Virus record (IMG/VR): IMGVR_UViG_3300034006_000003
Span: 1 to 62,655 of that record
DNA length: 62,655 nt
Strand: one strand, 5' to 3'
DNA from: a virus
Taxonomy: Duplodnaviria; Caudoviricetes
This document shows, piece after piece, positions 17,082-24,571 of this stretch; position 1 is the first letter of the stretch; every line of letters begins with the position of its first letter. Made by a program: the position numbers and the translations under genes. The notes below the pieces were generated by a model. It ran no database searches. It saw only the letters and a program-made list of their open reading frames with translations, and was not told where the DNA came from.

Positions 17082-17264
17082 TCAGTCCTTTCGTGCTGGA
17101 AGGTGCTCATTGAGCCAGGCCGAGATTTCCGCAGCCTCGCCGGCGGGAAGGGTCACTTCCCCGATGGAGTGCCCAGACTTCTCGTCGCGCAGGCCGACCT
17201 TCATCACTCCGTCGGGGAAGAGTTGAAGCCGGCCGCCATAGAACGAGAGAACGGGCGTCCTCAT
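17082..17264 (-). CDS. Hypothetical protein
   Basis: TGATG coupling. Confidence 0.5.
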   Translation of the reverse strand: MRTPVLSFYGGRLQLFPDGVMKVGLRDEKSGHSIGEVTLPAGEAAEISAWLNEHLPARKD

Positions 17265-17422
17265 CAGCTGATCGCCCACTTCACGCCGGCGGCGATGATG
17301 AAGACGACGGCCGCGAAGACGAGCAAGGCGCATCCGGCCATGCCGCCGAAGATCTTGAACGCGAACTTCACATCGTCGTCGGGACTGTCGTCCTTCTCGA
17401 AAGGTAGCGGTGCTTTAGCCAT
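17264..17422 (-). CDS. Small single-pass membrane protein
   Basis: GGAGG RBS; hydrophobic C-terminal helix. Confidence 0.6.
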   Translation of the reverse strand: MAKAPLPFEKDDSPDDDVKFAFKIFGGMAGCALLVFAAVVFIIAAGVKWAIS

Positions 17423-17430
17423 GGGGCCTC

Positions 17431-17841
17431 CTATCCGAACGGCAACGGCGCCGTTCTCAGATCTATTTTGCGGTCCGGCCGCGCGAACGGATGTTCCGGG
17501 TCGTGCTGCCGCGCATGACGGATGCTCGCGACCAGATAGGCGTAGTGCCCAGGCGCGATGGGACTGCCCGAGCATTGCGGCCAGACGTCCCCCCACCATG
17601 GCGCGTAAGGGTCGCCTTCAGGCTCGCGGAAAGTCGGGTCTGCGGACACTGGCTCATCGTTGAGCAGCATGTTCCAGCGATGCGAGCGTTCCAGCGGCTG
17701 GCGCGTGAGCGGATCCAGCGGGGGACCGAACCAGATCTTAACCGGCTGTTCCGGCCGCCCGCGACGATACAGCTGAAACAGACCAGGCCGCGGCGCATCC
17801 GCACCCTCTGGCGATGGGTCGAAGAGATCTTCAACGGTCAC
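17431..17841 (-). CDS. Hypothetical protein
   Basis: Pro/Trp-rich ORF filling the operon. Confidence 0.65.
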   Translation of the reverse strand: MTVEDLFDPSPEGADAPRPGLFQLYRRGRPEQPVKIWFGPPLDPLTRQPLERSHRWNMLLNDEPVSADPTFREPEGDPYAPWWGDVWPQCSGSPIAPGHYAYLVASIRHARQHDPEHPFARPDRKIDLRTAPLPFG

Positions 17842-18103
17842 GATCCGGACCAGACGTCTCGTCCAGCATCTTCTTCAGATCGGCGCGGGTGACTGGCATC
17901 ACCATCATCTTCGGTCGAAGAGTAGCGGCGACGAGCCCGTGAAGGACTCCGACGATGCCGAAGCCGATGAGCGTGTAGATCATCAGCATCGGGTCGAGCT
18001 CTTGGTTCGAAAGCCAGAAGCAAAGCGCGACGCCCGTGAGCGTCCAGACGGCTTCGCAGATGCGGTGAAAACGATAACGGAACGAGCGCTTGTGATGCGA
18101 CAT
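17831..18103 (-). CDS. Two-TM membrane protein, first gene of the leftward block
   Basis: Two hydrophobic helices; AAGGGG RBS. Confidence 0.6.
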   Translation of the reverse strand: MSHHKRSFRYRFHRICEAVWTLTGVALCFWLSNQELDPMLMIYTLIGFGIVGVLHGLVAATLRPKMMVMPVTRADLKKMLDETSGPDRDR

Positions 18104-18250
18104 CGAAGGTTGGCCCCTTGCGAATCAGTGATGACATCTTGTGGAACATCGCGACGACGGCGGCAATGGGGCTTGGAAAAATATTTCCAGCGTCCATTGA
18201 CGTAAGCCGCATCCGCGACCTACCCATAGGACGATTCACAAGGGGCCAAT
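18104..18250. promoter_or_regulatory. Divergent promoter region with an operator-like palindrome
   Basis: TGGAAA-AATA-TTTCCA at 18174-18189; TTGACG at 18197. Confidence 0.5.
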
Positions 18251-18520
18251 ATGACCGACCAGCCTTCCCAGGCGGACTATATCGTGGGGCTCTGGCCCGG
18301 CGAAAACCTCGTCGAAAAGCGCAGAGCACTCGCCGCATCTCTCGGCCATCCGGACGATGAGAAGGTGCGCTATTGGCAGAAGCGCGGCGAGATCCCGCAG
18401 GCCTATTGGCAGAGCATCATCGACGCCGGCGCTCGCGATCGCATTCGCGTCCGCCCCACCGACTTCGTCCGGCATCTGAGGGTGCCGTCGAAAACCCCAG
18501 CTGCGGCCGCAGCTGGTTGA
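18251..18520 (+). CDS. Cro-like HTH regulator (carph-isopro/YdaS-like)
   Basis: LAASLG....VRYWQKRGEIPQAYW pattern; first gene after the divergent promoter. Confidence 0.75.
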   Translation: MTDQPSQADYIVGLWPGENLVEKRRALAASLGHPDDEKVRYWQKRGEIPQAYWQSIIDAGARDRIRVRPTDFVRHLRVPSKTPAAAAAG

Positions 18521-18554
18521 ACCGCCGCATCAGCGGCACATCAGGAGAAGACCA

Positions 18555-19247
18555 TTGGCTCAGTCAGCGAGCAAGGAATCGGTCGAACGCGCGGACAGCG
18601 GTCCAGACGTCGCCGAAGCGCTACTCATCATCCAAGGCATCCACGGCGAGCAGAGCGAAGCGTCCAGCGTCGCCCAGAGCATCGGCCAGATGTGGGAGCG
18701 CATCGAAAAGCAATGCGGTCTCAATCGGCAGGGCGCGAAGCACTTCTCCGCGATCCTGAAAAAGCCCGTCGATAAGCGGAAGGACGAGTTCCGGACCTTC
18801 ATCATGCTCGCGAGGCAGGCGGGATGGTTCGACTGGATGAACGATCTGGTCGACCGCGCGCAGGGGAACTCGCCGGCGGTTGCAGCGGCGCCGAAAGCGC
18901 CGAGTGCGCCGAAGCCCGTGGAGCAGCCGGCACCGCCGCCGCCGGCAGATAGCAGCGACCTTTCGGACGCCGGCTATCCGACGAAGGAAGAGGTCAACCT
19001 GAAGACGGGCATGGTCGAGACCTGGACCTACATCACCGAAGTCGAAGACGGCGAGGAAGTCGACGTCCTTCAGAAGATGCTGAGCGAGCGCGCAGCGAAG
19101 CCAGAAGAACTCGCGAAGGCGCGCGAAGAGCAGGCGGACTTCGACGATGCGGAAGTCGCTCCCGATCTGGCCGAGCCCGCCGCCGAGCCGCCGACACCGG
19201 AGAAGCCAACCCGCGGCGGCCGTCCGAAGCTGAAGGCGGTCAACTGA
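18555..19247 (+). CDS. Possible GapR/DUF2312-like protein with an acidic, Pro-rich tail
   Basis: Helical pattern IGQMWERIEKQCGLNRQGAKHFSAILKKPVDKR resembles GapR; TTG start after AGGAG. Confidence 0.45.
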   Translation: MAQSASKESVERADSGPDVAEALLIIQGIHGEQSEASSVAQSIGQMWERIEKQCGLNRQGAKHFSAILKKPVDKRKDEFRTFIMLARQAGWFDWMNDLVDRAQGNSPAVAAAPKAPSAPKPVEQPAPPPPADSSDLSDAGYPTKEEVNLKTGMVETWTYITEVEDGEEVDVLQKMLSERAAKPEELAKAREEQADFDDAEVAPDLAEPAAEPPTPEKPTRGGRPKLKAVN

Positions 19248-19249
19248 GC

Positions 19250-19834
19250 ATGACGACTGTCCTCGCATTGGACATCGGGACGAAGACAGGCTGGGCGCTC
19301 CATCAACCGGGCATGGAGCGCCCCTTCTTCGGCACCCTGCCGCTTCCAGCGTCGCCGCTCGAGGTCGGGGCTCCGATCTTGGCGCTTCACGAATTTCTGA
19401 GCGACCGGCACCAGATGCACGGCGGTCTCACCGACATCGTCTTCGAGGCTCAGCACATGGGCACTCCGGGGAAGCCGGATCCCGAGACGGGGAAGCGGAA
19501 GGGCGGCATCGACATGAACGTCGTCTACAAGCTTTGCGCTCTGGGCGGTCACGTCGAGTATTTCGCGCATTGCGTCCATGCGAAGTGCTTCAAGGTCTAC
19601 ATCGGAACCTGGCGGAAGCACTTCTGCGGCAGCGGGCGGCTGAATCGCAAACAGGCGAAGATGTCAGCCATCGACGAATGCAATCGCATCGGGATCGACC
19701 CGCCCGACGACAACGCGGCGGAAGCCATGGGCATTCTCGACTATTACCTGTCGCTGAAGCGGATCGACGGGAAGCCATACCCGCGGCCGTGGCGCGACGC
19801 CGGCTTCTTCACTCCGCTCGGACATCACGCATGA
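19250..19834 (+). CDS. RuvC-like Holliday junction resolvase
   Basis: VLALDIGTKTGWA, IVFE, TWRKHFCG.G, DDNAAEA.GI acidic motifs. Confidence 0.8.
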   Translation: MTTVLALDIGTKTGWALHQPGMERPFFGTLPLPASPLEVGAPILALHEFLSDRHQMHGGLTDIVFEAQHMGTPGKPDPETGKRKGGIDMNVVYKLCALGGHVEYFAHCVHAKCFKVYIGTWRKHFCGSGRLNRKQAKMSAIDECNRIGIDPPDDNAAEAMGILDYYLSLKRIDGKPYPRPWRDAGFFTPLGHHA

Positions 19835-20031
19835 CGACGTTCAACCCATATTTCGAGCGCAAGCGGAAGCCTGCTGCCGTGCCCGCGCACTACGACAAAT
19901 GGTCCCCCAAGGATCTCGAGGAAGTCCGGCGCCGCCGAGCGAATGGCGAGAGCCGCGCCGACATCGCTCGGGCGATGGGCAGGACCGAGAAGGCGGTGAA
20001 GCACAAGCTGTTGAAGAAGGGGATGCAATGA
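19831..20031 (+). CDS. GcrA-like N-terminal HTH protein (66 aa)
   Basis: WSPKDLEEVRRRRANGESRADIARAMGRTEKAVKHKL. Confidence 0.6.
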   Translation: MTTFNPYFERKRKPAAVPAHYDKWSPKDLEEVRRRRANGESRADIARAMGRTEKAVKHKLLKKGMQ

Positions 20032-20720
20032 CGAGCGAGCAAGGGGCCAACCGCGCTCGCTATCTGTTTCCAGCCGAGCTCCAGCCGCCCGTGCGGCCGT
20101 TCGCTCCGCTGCCGACGACAGATGGCGGCTGGGCATGCGTCGAAGCCGACCCAGCATGGAATTTCCGGCAATGGTCGGATCCAGAGACCGAAGAGCAGAA
20201 GCGGATCTCGAAGGCGGCCGAGCGCCACTATCCGACCATGTCCGTCGAAGAAATCATGGCGCTTCCCGTGAAGGACGTCGTCGCGAAGGACGCGCATCTC
20301 TGGCTCTGGATAACGGGTCCATTTCTCGTCGCCGGCACCCACGTCGACGTGATGCGATCGTGGGGCTTCGAGCCGTCGGCGACCGGCTTCGTATGGATCA
20401 AACTCCAGAAGCGCCGCGACGCCTATCAGCACCAGCTTATGACCATCGAAGAGATGATCCACTACCTGCATACCGGCACGGGTAAAACGACGCGGAAGAA
20501 CGCCGAGTTCTGTCTGCTCGGCCGCCGCGGCAAGCCCCAGCGGCTGGCGGCAGACGTTCACGAAGTCATCATCTCGGCTCGGCGCGAACATAGCCGAAAG
20601 CCCGTAGAATCCTTCGAGCGGATCGAACGCTACTGTCCTGGTCCCCGCCTTCAGATGTTCTCGCGCCAGCCGCGCGCCGGCTGGACGACATGGGGCAATG
20701 AGACGGAGAAGTTCGCGTGA
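20028..20720 (+). CDS. MT-A70 family adenine methyltransferase
   Basis: ADPAW, HYPTMS, LWLWIT, FVWIK, TRKNAEFCLLG, HSRKP, WGNE. Confidence 0.9.
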   Translation: MTSEQGANRARYLFPAELQPPVRPFAPLPTTDGGWACVEADPAWNFRQWSDPETEEQKRISKAAERHYPTMSVEEIMALPVKDVVAKDAHLWLWITGPFLVAGTHVDVMRSWGFEPSATGFVWIKLQKRRDAYQHQLMTIEEMIHYLHTGTGKTTRKNAEFCLLGRRGKPQRLAADVHEVIISARREHSRKPVESFERIERYCPGPRLQMFSRQPRAGWTTWGNETEKFA

Positions 20721-22213
20721 TGGACGGTCGCGACGGAGAAGGCCGCGATCAGGACAAGGGCTTCCACAACGTCGACGCAGAGTATGCGCTGCTCGGCGCC
20801 ATGCTCATCGACAATCGTGTCATCGGCAACGTGTCCGAGCGGGTGAAAGGAGAGGACTTCTTCGACCCGCTCCATGGCCGGATGTTTCACGCCATCGTTC
20901 GGCTGGCGGGGATGGGTAAGACGGTAAGCCCGATAACTCTGGTTCCGATGTTCCAGAACGACGCTGGCTTCGAAGGAGAGGCGTCGCGAGCGCGCGACTA
21001 TCTCGTCGGCATGACGTCGTCTTCGGCTGCGCTCATCGGCGCCCGCGACTTCGCCGACCAGATTGCAGAACTGAGCCGGATGCGGTCGATACACCGCGCG
21101 ATGGAAGCCGCGCTGGGCAAGTTCCAGCAGGGGGAGCCGATCGCCGACGCTATTCAGGATCTCGAGGCTGAAATCTGGCGAGCCGCCGACGTCCATAGGC
21201 CTATCCGCGTTCTCGACGCCGGTGAGATGATCGGTCTGGCGCAGGAGCGCATCGACAAGATCCAGTTGCAGGCGACCGCTTCTGTCGGAGCGATGTGCCG
21301 CACCATCCCAGAACTGAATTCTCTGCTCGGCGGGCTCGAGGCGGCGCAATACACCATCCTCGCCGGTCGGCCGTCCATGGGGAAGACGACGACGGCGCTT
21401 TCCGCCGCCTGGGGCTACGCGGCGAACGGTCACCCGACGCTCTATTGCCACGCCGAGATGTCGTCAGAGCTGATAGCGCTGAAGGTCGCGAGCGACATCA
21501 GCTTCAGCCGCGGCAAGGGCATTCTCTTCGAGACGATCAAGAAGGGGCAGACGACCCGGACTGAGAACCAGTGGCTCGACGAAGCCAAGGAACTCGCGGC
21601 GCAGCTGCCGCTTCGATATGCCGACATCGGCCGCGCCGACATCCTGCGTCTCGACTCGATCATCGCGCGCCAATGCGCCTACTGGAAATCGCAGGGACGT
21701 CGTCTCGAGGTCGTCTTCATCGACTATATCGGGCTACTTCAGGTCGAAGGGGTGAAGGCAGGCGACGACCGCGCCCGTGTCAGCAGGATCTCGAAGGCCT
21801 TGCTCGACATGGCCGCGAAGTATGGCGTTCACATCGTCGCCCTGGCCCAGCTGAGCCGCGCGCTCGAAAGCCGGACGGACAAGCGGCCGATGCTTTCCGA
21901 TCTCAGGGACAGCGGAGATCTCGAGCAGGACGCGGACATGGTCGTCTTCGTCTACCGGCACGAATGGTATCACGCGAAAGAGAAGCCGAAGCGCGAGAGC
22001 GAGGTCCCCGACTGGGAAATCGAAATGGCCGAGTGCGCCGGCAAGGTCGAGATCATCGCCGAGAAGAACAGGCTCGGCCAGCGCGGTTACCGCAAGGCCC
22101 GCTTCTTCGGTGATTACAGCGCGGTCCGGAGCCTGACCAGCCGCGGCTATGTGAACGATGACGACGAGTATGAGGGCGAAGATCTCTTCGCGAACTGGGG
22201 GACGGCCGGATGA
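20717..22213 (+). CDS. dnaB: DnaB-like replicative helicase
   Basis: AGRPSMGKT, FIDYIGL, ALAQLSR, RPMLSDLRDSGDLEQDAD, KNRLG. Confidence 0.95.
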   Translation: MMDGRDGEGRDQDKGFHNVDAEYALLGAMLIDNRVIGNVSERVKGEDFFDPLHGRMFHAIVRLAGMGKTVSPITLVPMFQNDAGFEGEASRARDYLVGMTSSSAALIGARDFADQIAELSRMRSIHRAMEAALGKFQQGEPIADAIQDLEAEIWRAADVHRPIRVLDAGEMIGLAQERIDKIQLQATASVGAMCRTIPELNSLLGGLEAAQYTILAGRPSMGKTTTALSAAWGYAANGHPTLYCHAEMSSELIALKVASDISFSRGKGILFETIKKGQTTRTENQWLDEAKELAAQLPLRYADIGRADILRLDSIIARQCAYWKSQGRRLEVVFIDYIGLLQVEGVKAGDDRARVSRISKALLDMAAKYGVHIVALAQLSRALESRTDKRPMLSDLRDSGDLEQDADMVVFVYRHEWYHAKEKPKRESEVPDWEIEMAECAGKVEIIAEKNRLGQRGYRKARFFGDYSAVRSLTSRGYVNDDDEYEGEDLFANWGTAG

Positions 22214-23142
22214 GTAGCAAGGCAACGACATGGGCATGGGAGCAGCGTCACATCCGGGGAGCGCAGAAGCTTCTCCTGCTGGCGCTGGCGGACTGCTGCA
22301 ACGCCTGGACCGGGCTCGCCTTCCCAAGCGTCGAGCAGCTGATAGACATGACGGGGCAGGACCGGAAGACGATCCTCGCCAATCTGCGGCGGCTCGAGGA
22401 TGCCGGCGTAATGACCGACACGGGCAAAAAGACCGGCCGGACTCAACAGATAATCGTCTGGCGGATGGCCGTTCCGAAGGATCCCAAAAACGGGACCGTT
22501 AAACAGTCCCAAAAACGGATGGCAAACGGTCCCAAAATTCCGTCGAAACAGTCCCAAAATTGGGACACGGAACCTAGTAAGGAACCTAATAAGGGAACAG
22601 ACTCTAATCATTACGACGACAATTCTCGCGAAACTGATCTCTTCGGCGAGCCGATCAAGAGCCCCGAGGAAGTCGCTGCCGAGCGTCGTGCTGATGTCAT
22701 CTCGAAGATCGAAGAAGGGTGGGCGGCGCTGGTCGAGAACGCGCCGAACGTCGCACCGCTTCGTGGCGGGAAGCTGGACGACACCCGCGCCGAAGCCGCT
22801 CTAGCCCGCGCCGCGAAGTTCGCCGGCGAGGACGAGACCGAGGCGGACGTCTGGGCCGCGATCTTCGAACAGATTCAGTCCAGCCATTGGCTCTGCGGAG
22901 AGACGCGGCCGCGCGACGATCGCGGTCCGTTCAAGCTTCAGATGACGTGGCTTCTCGAAAACCGTAATTTCACAAAGGTTCTGGAAGGGAAATTCAGCGA
23001 TGGGCGCTCTAATGGTGGAACGGCACGGGCTGGCGACGCGAACAACGGAACTGGGCCCCAGCGATACAGCCCAGGCGGCTCAGTTGCTTCTCGCATCATC
23101 GAACGCAATCTCGCTCGCGGACAGCGGAGCGCCCGCGGATGA
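22210..23142 (+). CDS. Phage replication initiator (N-terminal wHTH)
   Basis: WAW...KLLLLALAD...AFPSVEQL; internal iterons; C-terminal WLL...NFTKVLEGKF. Confidence 0.8.
   Translation: MSSKATTWAWEQRHIRGAQKLLLLALADCCNAWTGLAFPSVEQLIDMTGQDRKTILANLRRLEDAGVMTDTGKKTGRTQQIIVWRMAVPKDPKNGTVKQSQKRMANGPKIPSKQSQNWDTEPSKEPNKGTDSNHYDDNSRETDLFGEPIKSPEEVAAERRADVISKIEEGWAALVENAPNVAPLRGGKLDDTRAEAALARAAKFAGEDETEADVWAAIFEQIQSSHWLCGETRPRDDRGPFKLQMTWLLENRNFTKVLEGKFSDGRSNGGTARAGDANNGTGPQRYSPGGSVASRIIERNLARGQRSARG
22480..22597 (+). repeat. Iteron-like repeats, probable replication origin
   Basis: AAAC(A/G)GTCCCAAAA at 22501, 22524 and 22546, partial copy at 22480; GGAACCTA(G/A)TAA twice; AT-rich. Confidence 0.75.
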
Positions 23143-23530
23143 GATCGCGGCGGCTCTCACGTCGGCGGAACGCGCGGCGCTGCCGGTCGCTCTTTCGGCG
23201 GCTCGGCGCGAACTGATGACGGTGAAGGACGTCTTCGTCCGCTCGGAGCAGGCGATGCACCAGCTGGTCGAGAAGCTGACAGCCGCGTCGGTCCGGATGC
23301 AGCCGCATCTGGACGAAGGGAAGCGCGAGGACTGGATCATGGTCCAGCAGGACGACGTCATGGACGAGCCGTTCCTGCTGGTGCTCGAAGGCATCGCGGC
23401 CGCTAAGCGGGTCTGCAAGTTCCCGAGCGAATTCCTTCCGACCGTGCTGGAGCATGTCGAGCCGCGGAAGGCGCGCATTCAGCGCCGTGTCGACCAATAC
23501 GAGAAGATCATTGCAGCAGGAGAAAAGTGA
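23000..23530 (+). CDS. Hypothetical replication-associated protein
   Basis: Follows and overlaps the initiator; start uncertain. Confidence 0.55.
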   Translation: MGALMVERHGLATRTTELGPSDTAQAAQLLLASSNAISLADSGAPADEIAAALTSAERAALPVALSAARRELMTVKDVFVRSEQAMHQLVEKLTAASVRMQPHLDEGKREDWIMVQQDDVMDEPFLLVLEGIAAAKRVCKFPSEFLPTVLEHVEPRKARIQRRVDQYEKIIAAGEK

Positions 23531-23531
23531 A

Positions 23532-23861
23532 ATGGAACGGGGCCAACGCATCATCTACGAAGAACTCTGCCACGCGCATCAGACCGGCGTGAAAACGGAC
23601 ATTGAGACCGACCCGAAGAACCATCAGCCTCTCGGCAACGGCACGGCGGCGTTCGACGTCTTACGCTACCTGAAGCATCTCCGCGTCGGCATAGACGGGG
23701 CCCTAGTCGAGCAGTCCGCGCTCGCAAAGATCCTGATGGATAAGGGCATCTTCACCGAACAGGAGTATTTCGACGCCATTGTCGCCGCGCGTCGTGCGGA
23801 AGTGGCCCGTTACGAGAAGATTCTGAGCGATCGGCTGGGCGCTCCGGTCAAACTCGGCTGA
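23532..23861 (+). CDS. Hypothetical protein
   Basis: AGGAG RBS; TGATG coupling to terS. Confidence 0.7.
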   Translation: MERGQRIIYEELCHAHQTGVKTDIETDPKNHQPLGNGTAAFDVLRYLKHLRVGIDGALVEQSALAKILMDKGIFTEQEYFDAIVAARRAEVARYEKILSDRLGAPVKLG

Positions 23862-24571
23862 TGGCGAAGAGCGTCGAGCAGCGTAAGTCAGATCTCGCGG
23901 CGGCGAAGGACCAGTTCCGGCGCCGCCCGAAGGCGCTGCTGTCGCTCGACGAGCTCGCGGTGCTCTACGGCCTCACGAAGCCAGCCTTCGTCAATCTGCG
24001 GAAGACCATCGACGGCTTCCCGGATCCGGCGAAGCGCGAAGGCAACGCCTACTTCTATCCGGCATACAAGGCCGCGTCCGCGCTCCACGAATATGTGATG
24101 CGGAACGAGCAGCAGGCGCTCGACCGCGGCCGGCGCTTCGAGGCGCTGGTCCGGCCGCCGGCATCGAATGGACACGACCATGCCGGCCTTACCATGTCGG
24201 CCCAGGAGCAGCTACGCGCCTATGAACTTCGCGAGCGCTTGCAGAAGGAAGCGCTGGCGCAGGGACAGCTTCACCGCTCGGCCGACTGCGCCGCGACGAC
24301 CGAGCGCGTCTTCAGTCACATCTCGAGGACGTTCGGGAAGCCGACCACGTCGATGGACCCGACCGGCCAATGGCCGGCGGATGTCCGCGAAGCCGTCGAC
24401 AAGGCCGGGCAGGCGCTGGTATTGCGTTGCTATGCCGAACTGAGGGATATGCTGGGCGGCCATGCTCACCAGCAACCAAGCGGATCTCCGGACACTGGAG
24501 CAAGAAGGGCTCGCCCTAAGCGCTCAGCAAAGGCTCGGAAGAGCAGAAGACCCGTGGCTTCAAAGCATTGA
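23861..24571 (+). CDS. terS: Terminase small subunit (Nu1-like)
   Basis: N-terminal wHTH (LSLDELAVLYGLT) then coiled coil; immediately upstream of TerL. Confidence 0.65.
   Translation: MAKSVEQRKSDLAAAKDQFRRRPKALLSLDELAVLYGLTKPAFVNLRKTIDGFPDPAKREGNAYFYPAYKAASALHEYVMRNEQQALDRGRRFEALVRPPASNGHDHAGLTMSAQEQLRAYELRERLQKEALAQGQLHRSADCAATTERVFSHISRTFGKPTTSMDPTGQWPADVREAVDKAGQALVLRCYAELRDMLGGHAHQQPSGSPDTGARRARPKRSAKARKSRRPVASKH

Noticed and set aside
22480-22597. CRISPR-like repeats
   Set aside because: Repeats of 14 nt with 8-9 nt gaps inside a coding gene and no cas genes; fits iterons
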